Shown: one piece after another, positions 41,162-49,143 of the stretch
Layout of the letters: each line of letters starts with the position of its first letter
Numbering within the stretch: the first letter of the stretch is position 1
NCBI GenBank assembly: GCA_041937175.2
Contig: CP166615.1
Span: 2,080,001-2,144,000, forward strand
Source: Limnothrix sp. BL-A-16
GTDB taxonomy: Bacteria; Cyanobacteriota; Cyanobacteriia; CACIAM-69d
Reading direction: 5' to 3'
DNA length: 64,000 bases
Notes under the pieces: model-generated
The model's input: only the letters and a program-made list of their open reading frames with translations
Databases searched by the model: none
Told to the model about the DNA's origin: nothing
Position numbers and translations under genes: made by a program

Positions 41162-42160
41162 ATGACGCTTCACCAACTCAAGCGCATTTTGCAGCTCGAT
41201 GGTTTGTTGCGAGATCCCCAACGACGAAACACCCATGAATCCTTAGCGGCTGCCCTTGATCGTGACAACGCTGTCGATCCGCGCATTATTCGCAAGGACT
41301 TAGGCTTTCTTAAAAAAGATTGTGGCGCACCGATTATCTATAACAGTCGTCGGGGACATCACTACAGCGACCCCGATTGGCAACTGAATCAAATCCTGAT
41401 CACGGAAGGCGATCTGTTGGCGCTGGTGGTGACCGATCGATTGCTGGAAACCTATGCAGATTCACCCTATATCCGGCAGTTGCGATCGGGGTTGCGGCGG
41501 CTGAGTGAGCGGCTGGACAGCAAGGTGGCAATCGAGGCGCGTGAACTGCGCAACGATTACTTCCTATTCCAAAGCAAGGCCGACTTGAACTTGGACTTGG
41601 CGGTGGTGAGTCAGCTAGAGCGGGCTTGTCGGGATGGCTACAGCGCTGAAATAACCTACCACACGGCTAATCGGGATGCGGTGAGCGATCGGGTGGTGGA
41701 TCCCTACGGCATGTTGGTGCAGTACAACGCGCTGCAATTGCTGGCGTTTTGCCACCAGCGCCAGAAGGTGATTACGTTCCGGGTCGATCGCATTTTGCAA
41801 TTACAGGTGCTAGAGCAGCCTTTCCAGGTTCAGCCGGGATTCAGCCTACGCAAGTACATGGCGACGGCGTTTCGCTGGGAGGTGGGCGACACGGCGCGGC
41901 GGGTGGTGGTGGAGTTCGATCGGGCAACGGCTCCTTTTGTGCGCGGGCGGCAGTGGCACAGCACGCAGGACTTGACCAATTTGCCGGGTGGGGGACTGTT
42001 GCTGTCGATGGAGGTCAGCGGCTTACGGGATGTGACCCAGTGGGTGTTGAGCTATGGCAAGGGGGCGATCGCCCGGGAGCCGCCGGAACTGGTCAGGGCG
42101 ATCGCGCGGGAGGTGGAGATCATGCAACGCCAATACGAAACGGAGACCTTTGAACGATGA
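41162..42160 (+). CDS. WYL-domain transcriptional regulator (HTH-WYL-WCX)
   Basis: N-terminal HTH; R.VDPY.......LLAFCH.R.....FRVDRI; WVLSYG.......P.EL; stop overlaps cas6 start. Confidence 0.88.
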   Translation: MTLHQLKRILQLDGLLRDPQRRNTHESLAAALDRDNAVDPRIIRKDLGFLKKDCGAPIIYNSRRGHHYSDPDWQLNQILITEGDLLALVVTDRLLETYADSPYIRQLRSGLRRLSERLDSKVAIEARELRNDYFLFQSKADLNLDLAVVSQLERACRDGYSAEITYHTANRDAVSDRVVDPYGMLVQYNALQLLAFCHQRQKVITFRVDRILQLQVLEQPFQVQPGFSLRKYMATAFRWEVGDTARRVVVEFDRATAPFVRGRQWHSTQDLTNLPGGGLLLSMEVSGLRDVTQWVLSYGKGAIAREPPELVRAIAREVEIMQRQYETETFER

Positions 42161-42882
42161 GCAACATTCTAGAAGTCCAATTTTCCGTCCAAGGGCGGCT
42201 ATTGCCAGCCGATCACGGCTATTCGTTGTACTCAGCAGTTAAGCAGCTCTTGCAAAGTGAAGCACTGCCAGAAAGCTTGATCGCGTCATTCAAAAAACAG
42301 TTTCCTAGCTCAGAGAATTGGAAAACAGAAATTGTTGATTACTTACTTTGTCCAGAGTTACTACTAAGTAGCATTCCTGGAATTTCTGATGGGCATAAAC
42401 GTATCCAGATTTATCAGAGATCGCGATTGCGCTTACGCTGTCCTAGCGATCGGGCTAGCTATTGGTATCGACTCTTGCAAAATCAGGTTTTAAATCTGCG
42501 CAGTCATGATATTCGCCTGATTCAACCACGTTTAATCCTGCCTGAGCCTAGCTCTACGCTACGGGCCAGACTCGTGACGTTCCGCTTAGAAGAATGGGAC
42601 ACTCACAGCGCACCAGTACATTTTTTAGAATCGTGCCGCAAAGCATTTGAGAAGCTGGGAATTTCAGGACAAATTTCCATCGATAACGACGTGGATGGCG
42701 ATTTAGCCCTGCGATCCTTACAAGTCAAGGGAAAACATATTTTGGGCTATGGCGTAATTGTTGAAGATTTGAGTGCTGAAGATTCGATTCTGCTCCAGTC
42801 TATTGGTATTGGTGGGCGAAAGCACTTTGGCTGTGGTTGGTTTTATCCCTCCAGGGAGATTCCTGATGTCGCCTCAATTTAG
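42157..42882 (+). CDS. cas6: Type I-B (Myxan) Cas6/Cmx6 endoribonuclease
   Basis: LPADHGYSLYSA N-terminus, GIGGRKHFGCGWF glycine-rich loop. Confidence 0.92.
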   Translation: MSNILEVQFSVQGRLLPADHGYSLYSAVKQLLQSEALPESLIASFKKQFPSSENWKTEIVDYLLCPELLLSSIPGISDGHKRIQIYQRSRLRLRCPSDRASYWYRLLQNQVLNLRSHDIRLIQPRLILPEPSSTLRARLVTFRLEEWDTHSAPVHFLESCRKAFEKLGISGQISIDNDVDGDLALRSLQVKGKHILGYGVIVEDLSAEDSILLQSIGIGGRKHFGCGWFYPSREIPDVASI

Positions 42883-45133
42883 TCAATCAGTTCCTAAGCT
42901 TGTCCCCGATTGCTTGCTGGCCAAATCTGTAGAAGGGCCGTGGAAAGGTGCTTATAGCTTAGTTGGGCATACGGCCAATGTTGTTCGGGCTGTGACGATA
43001 TTGGTTGATGTCTTGGGCGATCGACTCATGACTCAATTTAATCTTGGTTGTGATTTGGCTTATGTGCGATCGACGGCTCGCTTGGCTGCCTATATTCACG
43101 ACTGGGGTAAAGCGAATCACCATTTTCAAGGAGTTGTCCGTCAAAAAATGGTCGGCGCAAGTCCGCAACAAAACCCGTTGAATTATCCCCAGCTTCTACG
43201 CCATGAAGTGGTTTCCATTCTGCTGGCTTGGGAGTTTCGAGATTGGTTGCAGCAGTCTGATGGCGATTTTTCGGTGGCTCTTGCTGCGGCCGGTGGGCAT
43301 CACTTAAAACTAGGTGGTGAGCAAGGCAAAGCAACTGATGATGTTGGGAATATTCGCACAGGAACAGGAGATGATCGCTTATTTCTTTACCCACTGCATC
43401 GTGATTTCAAAAGTCTCTTGGAATTTGGGATTTCAGAATTAGGACTTCCTAAAAATATTAAGCTGGCTCGAACACCTGAAAGTGAATGGGTGCTGTCAAA
43501 CATCAAAACTCGTCGTTGTGAACTCTATCAACAAGCTTTTCAAGACTGGGAGCCAAATATTGTCTTAAATGCGGTGGTTAAATCACTATTGGTGGCGGGT
43601 GACTCCATTGGATCAGCAATTTCCAATACTGATTTAAATTTAGAGTGTTGGATTGTTAAATCAATCGAGAAAGGTTTGACGGAAGTAGATCTTGATCGTG
43701 TGATTGATGTTCGTCTAGAAGGTAAAACACTTCGAGATTTTCAGAAATCGATTGGTGAAATTCCCTCGCGGGTTGGTTTGGTACGGGCCGGTTGTGGAAC
43801 GGGAAAAACTGTTGGGGCATATAACTGGGCCAAGCGTCATGCGATCGGACGAAAACTCTTTTTCTGCTATCCCACCACAGGAACCAGCACCGAGGGATTT
43901 ATCGACTATGTGCAAGATGAAGTGGAGTCAGTTTTGATGCACTCGCGAGCGGCGATCGACCTGGCGAGTACGGGTGAAGAACGAGAAGCGGGCGACAACA
44001 CAGAAAACGAGGCCACACTGAAACTTCAGTCCTTTGAAGCTTGGGAAAGTCAAGTCATTATTTGTACGGTTGATACGGTTCTGGGCTTGATGCAATGCAA
44101 TCGGCGGCCGATGTATTGTTTTCCAGCGATCGCCAATGCGGCCTTTATTTTTGATGAGGTGCATTGCTACGACAAAGTTTTATTTGGTGCGCTTTTGCGA
44201 TTTTTGGAAACTGTTAAATCGCCAACATTGTTGATGTCAGCTTCGTTTTTACCCTGGCAAATACGGGCGATCGAGCAGGCGAGCGGGGGGCAACTGATTG
44301 AAGGTGAAAATCTGATTGCCGGGCCGCGCGATCTGGAAGATCTACGGCGTTATCAGTTCCATGAAAGCCAAGAACCGGATTGGGAGCGTGTTGAAAACGA
44401 ACTGAAATCGGGTGGCAAAGTCCTTTGGGTTTGTAACCAGGTTAATACGGCGATCGATGTGTACGATCGCGCCCTCAAGCGGGGGTTAAATGCCGTGCTC
44501 TATCACAGCCGGTTTTGCTATCGCGATCGAGTCCAGCACCATCGCCATGTGGTGGCGGCTTTCAAAGACGATTGCCATGAACCTGTGTTGGCCATTTGTA
44601 CCCAGGTGGCGGAAATGTCGTTGGATTTGTCGGCGACGTTGTTGGTGTCACAAGTGGCTGAACCCGCAGCTTTAATTCAACGCTTAGGGCGGCTCAATCG
44701 TCGCTATTGCGGCCACGCCCTGGATGCAGTGTTTTATGACGATCCGAAAATTCATCCCTACGACCAGGAAACGAAGATGCGGGGCTGGACTTTGATTCGG
44801 GATTGTCCGGGGGAGGTCAGCCAAGGGGATTTAGCCCGATGGTTGGAACAAGAATCGAAGGAAATTGAACCAGAAAAGCAGTTTGTTTTGCTCGATGGCG
44901 AGTGGCGAACCTATCCGGCTCCCGTGCGCGAGGCAGGTGTGACGGTTACGGCTTTGTTGGAACAGCACCAAGCCACGTGGGGGAATTTGCCCCGCAACAA
45001 GCTAGGGGATTACACCGTACCGCTGATTGCATCTGTTAAGGCGGTGAGTCAGTGGAAGCGGCATGGAGGCTATCCGATCGCCCCGGTCAAGGAGTGGGAT
45101 TACACAGCAGAGCGAGGAGCTAAACAGCGATGA
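42866..45133 (+). CDS. cas3: Cas3 HD nuclease-helicase
   Basis: HDWGK, RHE, GHH; AGCGTGKT, DEVH, MSAS, QRLGRLNR. Confidence 0.93.
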   Translation: MSPQFSQSVPKLVPDCLLAKSVEGPWKGAYSLVGHTANVVRAVTILVDVLGDRLMTQFNLGCDLAYVRSTARLAAYIHDWGKANHHFQGVVRQKMVGASPQQNPLNYPQLLRHEVVSILLAWEFRDWLQQSDGDFSVALAAAGGHHLKLGGEQGKATDDVGNIRTGTGDDRLFLYPLHRDFKSLLEFGISELGLPKNIKLARTPESEWVLSNIKTRRCELYQQAFQDWEPNIVLNAVVKSLLVAGDSIGSAISNTDLNLECWIVKSIEKGLTEVDLDRVIDVRLEGKTLRDFQKSIGEIPSRVGLVRAGCGTGKTVGAYNWAKRHAIGRKLFFCYPTTGTSTEGFIDYVQDEVESVLMHSRAAIDLASTGEEREAGDNTENEATLKLQSFEAWESQVIICTVDTVLGLMQCNRRPMYCFPAIANAAFIFDEVHCYDKVLFGALLRFLETVKSPTLLMSASFLPWQIRAIEQASGGQLIEGENLIAGPRDLEDLRRYQFHESQEPDWERVENELKSGGKVLWVCNQVNTAIDVYDRALKRGLNAVLYHSRFCYRDRVQHHRHVVAAFKDDCHEPVLAICTQVAEMSLDLSATLLVSQVAEPAALIQRLGRLNRRYCGHALDAVFYDDPKIHPYDQETKMRGWTLIRDCPGEVSQGDLARWLEQESKEIEPEKQFVLLDGEWRTYPAPVREAGVTVTALLEQHQATWGNLPRNKLGDYTVPLIASVKAVSQWKRHGGYPIAPVKEWDYTAERGAKQR

Positions 45134-46632
45134 CTGACTTAACCCTATCGTTGCTGAATCCCAATACCCTTTTGCCGCACCGGGCGGGGATTGCTGGTTT
45201 GGCGCTTGCCCTATCAGCCATCCCACCCGAGACTGCGCCCCTAAGCTGGGCGGTGACGGAAGATGAGGTGAATTTGTCGTGGGAGGGGAGCGATCGCGAG
45301 GCGATCGAGTGGTTGACCCACAAGACCTACTGCATTGAAGACGGCTATCTCAATCCACCCGTTCTGAAGCTCGATCGCCAAAGTCGCTATACCTTCACCC
45401 AAGGTGTGACTTCAACCCTGCTGCAACATAACCAGCAGCGAACGCTAGAGAAGCAAGCCAAGCCGCTACGTTTTCCAGTTGACCCAAACCAGCCAGAAAT
45501 TGAGCTTTCCTATAAAGGTTTGCTCGATTGCTATTACACAGGTGACTTTAAGGATGCATTCACCTCTAAAGGTAAGTTCAAAGATGAAATTCCCATCAAA
45601 GGACATCATCTACCGGGCTTAGTGGAGTGTTTTGTTAATGGCCCCTATCTCGAATCACCGGTTGGTTTTGTTGCACTGCTCTTTTTGCCCCTGAGTTGTG
45701 GGTATTACGCCTTACCAGCAGGGCGATCGGCTTTAGTCATTCCTGAAGTCAAAAACCTCAAGAACTGGGTTCGGCTGCGTCGCAAGTCCGCCGGAACGCC
45801 CTACATCAAGTTCAAAGCAGGCGGAGCGGGTGAGTCGGGATTGCGGTTTTTGATTCAGCAGAAAACCGTGGACAATGGGCAGCTTTTAAACCTTGAGTAC
45901 TGCGAAGTTTACCAACTGGGTAAGCAAGCTTGGGATAAAAATCAAAACTATCTCAAGCAAGCTATTTATCGAGTGAAAACCAATGAGGAAGTTTTGGCAA
46001 TTTATAAAAGTGCCGAGCAATTCTTTCCCGTTCGCTTTCGCACGACAGATAAGGGACAAACTTGGGTGGCTACCTCCCAGGCTTTACCTTGGATCGCTGA
46101 TAACTTGATTGGCGATCGCCCTTGGTACTCGGAATTTTTCGAGTTTCTCAAGAAAAACAAGCTGTTTGAACGTCAAGGATTAGCCAAAATGACACAATTT
46201 CTTTCGGAATCAGAGCGGCTACTTTTTCAATCGGTACATGATGCTTTCGGTAAATTTCGAGCAGGACAATTTAAAGCTCGATCTGATCAAATGGGAGGCA
46301 ATTTAACCCAGGAGCAAGGCTGGGATGTTGCTAAACGGAGTGCTGATAAGGCAATTTATCGCTTGCAACGACCAGCCACTCAGCAAGAATTTGCTAAGGC
46401 TTTGGTTGACTTTCTGGCTCAGTATCGCCCTTCCACAGCGAAGGGGGCAGGCTTAGAGATTTATGCTTGGCTGCACACTGATGATAACTGGCGGAAGGCT
46501 CGGGATTTAGCACTGTTGGCGATCGCAACCTACAAGAAAAAGACGATCGAAGGGGTGGGCGATCCCGATTTGAGTGTGGATGAGATCGAGCCAGAGGAAG
46601 ACTCAGAAGGCTTTGAATACACCTTTCCGTAA
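45130..46632 (+). CDS. cas8: Type I-B (Myxan) large subunit Cas8a1/Cmx1 (Cas8b3)
   Basis: HRAGIAGLALAL N-terminus, TLLQH, W..ARDLALLA.ATY C-terminus; between cas3 and cas7. Confidence 0.85.
   Translation: MTDLTLSLLNPNTLLPHRAGIAGLALALSAIPPETAPLSWAVTEDEVNLSWEGSDREAIEWLTHKTYCIEDGYLNPPVLKLDRQSRYTFTQGVTSTLLQHNQQRTLEKQAKPLRFPVDPNQPEIELSYKGLLDCYYTGDFKDAFTSKGKFKDEIPIKGHHLPGLVECFVNGPYLESPVGFVALLFLPLSCGYYALPAGRSALVIPEVKNLKNWVRLRRKSAGTPYIKFKAGGAGESGLRFLIQQKTVDNGQLLNLEYCEVYQLGKQAWDKNQNYLKQAIYRVKTNEEVLAIYKSAEQFFPVRFRTTDKGQTWVATSQALPWIADNLIGDRPWYSEFFEFLKKNKLFERQGLAKMTQFLSESERLLFQSVHDAFGKFRAGQFKARSDQMGGNLTQEQGWDVAKRSADKAIYRLQRPATQQEFAKALVDFLAQYRPSTAKGAGLEIYAWLHTDDNWRKARDLALLAIATYKKKTIEGVGDPDLSVDEIEPEEDSEGFEYTFP
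46189..46632 (+). CDS. cas11: Putative Cas11 small subunit translated in frame from within cas8
   Basis: In-frame ATG (codon 354) preceded by AAGGA at 46175-46179; 147 aa helical C-terminal region. Confidence 0.65.
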   Translation: MTQFLSESERLLFQSVHDAFGKFRAGQFKARSDQMGGNLTQEQGWDVAKRSADKAIYRLQRPATQQEFAKALVDFLAQYRPSTAKGAGLEIYAWLHTDDNWRKARDLALLAIATYKKKTIEGVGDPDLSVDEIEPEEDSEGFEYTFP

Positions 46633-46686
46633 CTCTTGCTGCCAGTCTTACTAACAATTTTGATCTAACTTCAGAGGACTCGAAAC

Positions 46687-47553
46687 ATGTCTAAGCATTT
46701 GTTTGCCAATATTGTCACTCCCACTGCGATCGCTGCTAATAATCGGGGTGAGGGCGATGGCAGCACATTAGCCACACTCCAAAAGATCACACGCGGCAAT
46801 GACCAATACACCACGGTTAGTGCTGATGCCATTCGTTGGGGCTATCGGGAATATTTACAGCATCATTTTTCAGCCGAGGAAGTAAATCGAACATTCGATC
46901 CTGATCGCGACAAGTACGACATCAAGGACGAAAAGCACAGCGCCGAAAAGTTCATTGATGATGACTTGTTTGGCTACATGGATGCGAAGAAGGACAAGGA
47001 CAACAAAAATGCCACTGAAAAGCGTCGTGGTGCATTAGAAGTTAGCCGCGCAATTAGCCTTGATCCCTACTGGGGTGATATTGCTTTTGGTTCCAAGGGG
47101 GGTGAAAAAGGCAGCACCTCGATCCACAACACAGAAATGCACAACACGGCTTATCAGTATGCGATCGCCCTGACTCCTGAGCATCTGAAAAAGCCCGATC
47201 GCGCTGCCGCTTTTTTGGAAGCGCTGGTGGGTGTTCGCCACGTGGGCGGCAATCACTCGCGGTTCCTGTATGAGTTTCGTCCTGAATCGATCGTCTTGCG
47301 AATTACTGAAGATCCCAGCCCTTGGATTATGGGTTGCTTCAAGCGCGTTGGAGAAGATGTGGGCTGTCCAGAGTTGGTGCGACTTCTGGAGGCGGGCGAT
47401 ATCAACCCCGAAGAGTTAATCATTGGGGGCAAGATTGCCAAAACACCCTATGGGGAAACCCTCAAGAATTTGGGAGTTTCTGTTTTCGATGGTGTGAAGG
47501 CTGCCAAGGATGCTGCAAAAGCGCAACTGAAAACAGTGGGGATCATTGCCTAA
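46687..47553 (+). CDS. cas7: Cas7/Cst2/DevR backbone subunit
   Basis: AANNRGE, YTTVSA.AIRW, DDDLFGYM, KRRGALEVSRAISL, VGGNHSRFLY. Confidence 0.92.
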   Translation: MSKHLFANIVTPTAIAANNRGEGDGSTLATLQKITRGNDQYTTVSADAIRWGYREYLQHHFSAEEVNRTFDPDRDKYDIKDEKHSAEKFIDDDLFGYMDAKKDKDNKNATEKRRGALEVSRAISLDPYWGDIAFGSKGGEKGSTSIHNTEMHNTAYQYAIALTPEHLKKPDRAAAFLEALVGVRHVGGNHSRFLYEFRPESIVLRITEDPSPWIMGCFKRVGEDVGCPELVRLLEAGDINPEELIIGGKIAKTPYGETLKNLGVSVFDGVKAAKDAAKAQLKTVGIIA

Positions 47554-48221
47554 TGAACAACTGGTTCTATTTGGATTGTCCTTGCACCAGCTTTCCGCGT
47601 AGCTTTGCCAGGGACTATAAGGAAACCTACCAATATCCGCCGCCTTCAACGATTTATGGATTTCTTTTGTCGTTGGTGGGTGAAGAAGACATGACGGCGC
47701 ATTTAGGTGTGCAACTGGCGATTGGGCTAATTGGTCAAGCACCACCGATTTCACGGATTTTGCGTAAACAGCGCCACCATAAGTTCAGCAAGCAACATCT
47801 GGGCACATACCCGACCAGTCAGTTTTCCAAACCCAATTTTCAAGAAATTCTGACTGATTTGAAACTGGTTTTGCGGGTGAATTCCAGCCAAGAGTTGGCG
47901 ACTATTGGATTATTGGATCGCCTTTCAATCGCCCTCACAACACCTGAAAAAATTCGTCGGTTTGGTGGGCTGAGTCTCGGCGAATCTTGGGCAATGGTGA
48001 ATGGAATGCGGCTCTATCGGGAAACCGATGGCCCTGTACGCTGGCTGATTAAAGATCCAAGGGGTTTAATTGGGTTGCCGGTCTGGATTGATCGCACAAC
48101 CACCAGAGGAACCTTTCAGCGCTTTTCACTGACTGAAGCTGCCAATTTTGACGATCGCGCTTGGGTAACGATCAACGGTCAACCCACAGCGAAACCGGTT
48201 AAAGGAGGGCGGAAGAAGTGA
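47553..48221 (+). CDS. cas5: Cas5/Cmx5/DevS
   Basis: ETY.YPPPSTIYGFLLSLVG, RFGGLSLGES; ATG overlaps cas7 stop. Confidence 0.92.
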   Translation: MNNWFYLDCPCTSFPRSFARDYKETYQYPPPSTIYGFLLSLVGEEDMTAHLGVQLAIGLIGQAPPISRILRKQRHHKFSKQHLGTYPTSQFSKPNFQEILTDLKLVLRVNSSQELATIGLLDRLSIALTTPEKIRRFGGLSLGESWAMVNGMRLYRETDGPVRWLIKDPRGLIGLPVWIDRTTTRGTFQRFSLTEAANFDDRAWVTINGQPTAKPVKGGRKK

Positions 48222-48676
48222 CGGAAAACAGCGCCTACGACACCGATTTCTATGGCTGGACGATCGCCCAAGCCGCCCTGCTGCGCGATCGCAATGCGGC
48301 GGCGATCGACTGGGAACGACTGGCGGACGAAATTGAAAGCATGGGACGACAGGAACGCAAAGAACTCGTCAGCCGGTTGCGAATTTTGTTGGGGCATCTG
48401 TTGAAATGGCGCTATCAACCCGATCGCCAAAGCCGTTCTTGGAGTGCCACCATTCGGGTGCAGCGCTTGGAAATTCGCAAGTTGCTGACCAAAAATCCCA
48501 GTTTGAAATCGGTGATTTTGGAAGCGTTTGCCGAGGCCTACGAGTTGGGGCGACTGTTGGCGATCGATGAAATGGGTTTGGAAGATTATGAGGAAAACTT
48601 AGTGCCTTCAGCATCACCCTTTGATTGGGAATTCGTGATTAATTCCGATCAATTTGATGCGCCAGATTTGACGTAG
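48218..48676 (+). CDS. DUF29 family protein
   Basis: YDTDFYGW...QA.LLR....IDW..L..EIESMG....HLLKW.YQP....SW..TI..QR; GTGA overlap with cas5 stop. Confidence 0.88.
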   Translation: MTENSAYDTDFYGWTIAQAALLRDRNAAAIDWERLADEIESMGRQERKELVSRLRILLGHLLKWRYQPDRQSRSWSATIRVQRLEIRKLLTKNPSLKSVILEAFAEAYELGRLLAIDEMGLEDYEENLVPSASPFDWEFVINSDQFDAPDLT

Positions 48677-48684
48677 CCACCCGA

Positions 48685-48713
48685 TAGACAAGGGGTTTAA
48701 ACCCCTTGCCCCC
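48685..48713. repeat. CAAGGGG..CCCCTTG palindrome variant
   Basis: TAGACAAGGGGTTTAAACCCCTTGCCCCC. Confidence 0.85.
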
Positions 48714-48716
48714 AAC

Positions 48717-48881
48717 CTGGCGACCGAATCAGAGAAGTTGCGGTGGGAGTTATCGAAGATCTTGAAACCGGAGGATGATCTGTTGATTTTGGGGGTTTGT
48801 GATGCCTGTGTGAAGCGGGCGCAGCGCTGCAATGATTCGGTGGATTGGGCGTTGAAGCCGGACAGTTTTCGGATGTTGTAG
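48717..48881 (+). pseudogene. cas2: 3' half of cas2 (5' part deleted)
   Basis: Frame reads ..EKLRWELSKILKPEDDLLILGVCDACVKRAQRCNDSVDWALKPDSFRML*, resembling the C-terminal half of Myxan-type Cas2; at the usual cas2 position before the leader. Confidence 0.7.
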
Positions 48882-49143
48882 GGTTGGGCCTTTTACAAGC
48901 ACCTCTGGCCGTGGCGGGGCGATCGGGTTTCGCGGGGGCTGGAGGTGTTTTGGGGCCTGAGTTTGGGGGATTTTGGGGGGATTGGAGATGCTTGTAAATG
49001 GCTGGAAGGCTTGTGGGGCAAGGGTTGGGCGATCGGGAAAATGTCAATTGTTTGCGGTTCTTGGGGCGATCGGGGGGCGATCGGGTAAGATGCTTGTAAG
49101 GTTGCATTTCGGCGCTTGTCCCGTAAGGGTTTCGGGCGGCGGG
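48882..49143 (+). promoter_or_regulatory. CRISPR leader
   Basis: Non-coding, adjacent to first intact repeat; TTTACAAGCACCTC / GAGATGCTTGTAAA inverted pair plus a further AGATGCTTGTAA. Confidence 0.8.
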
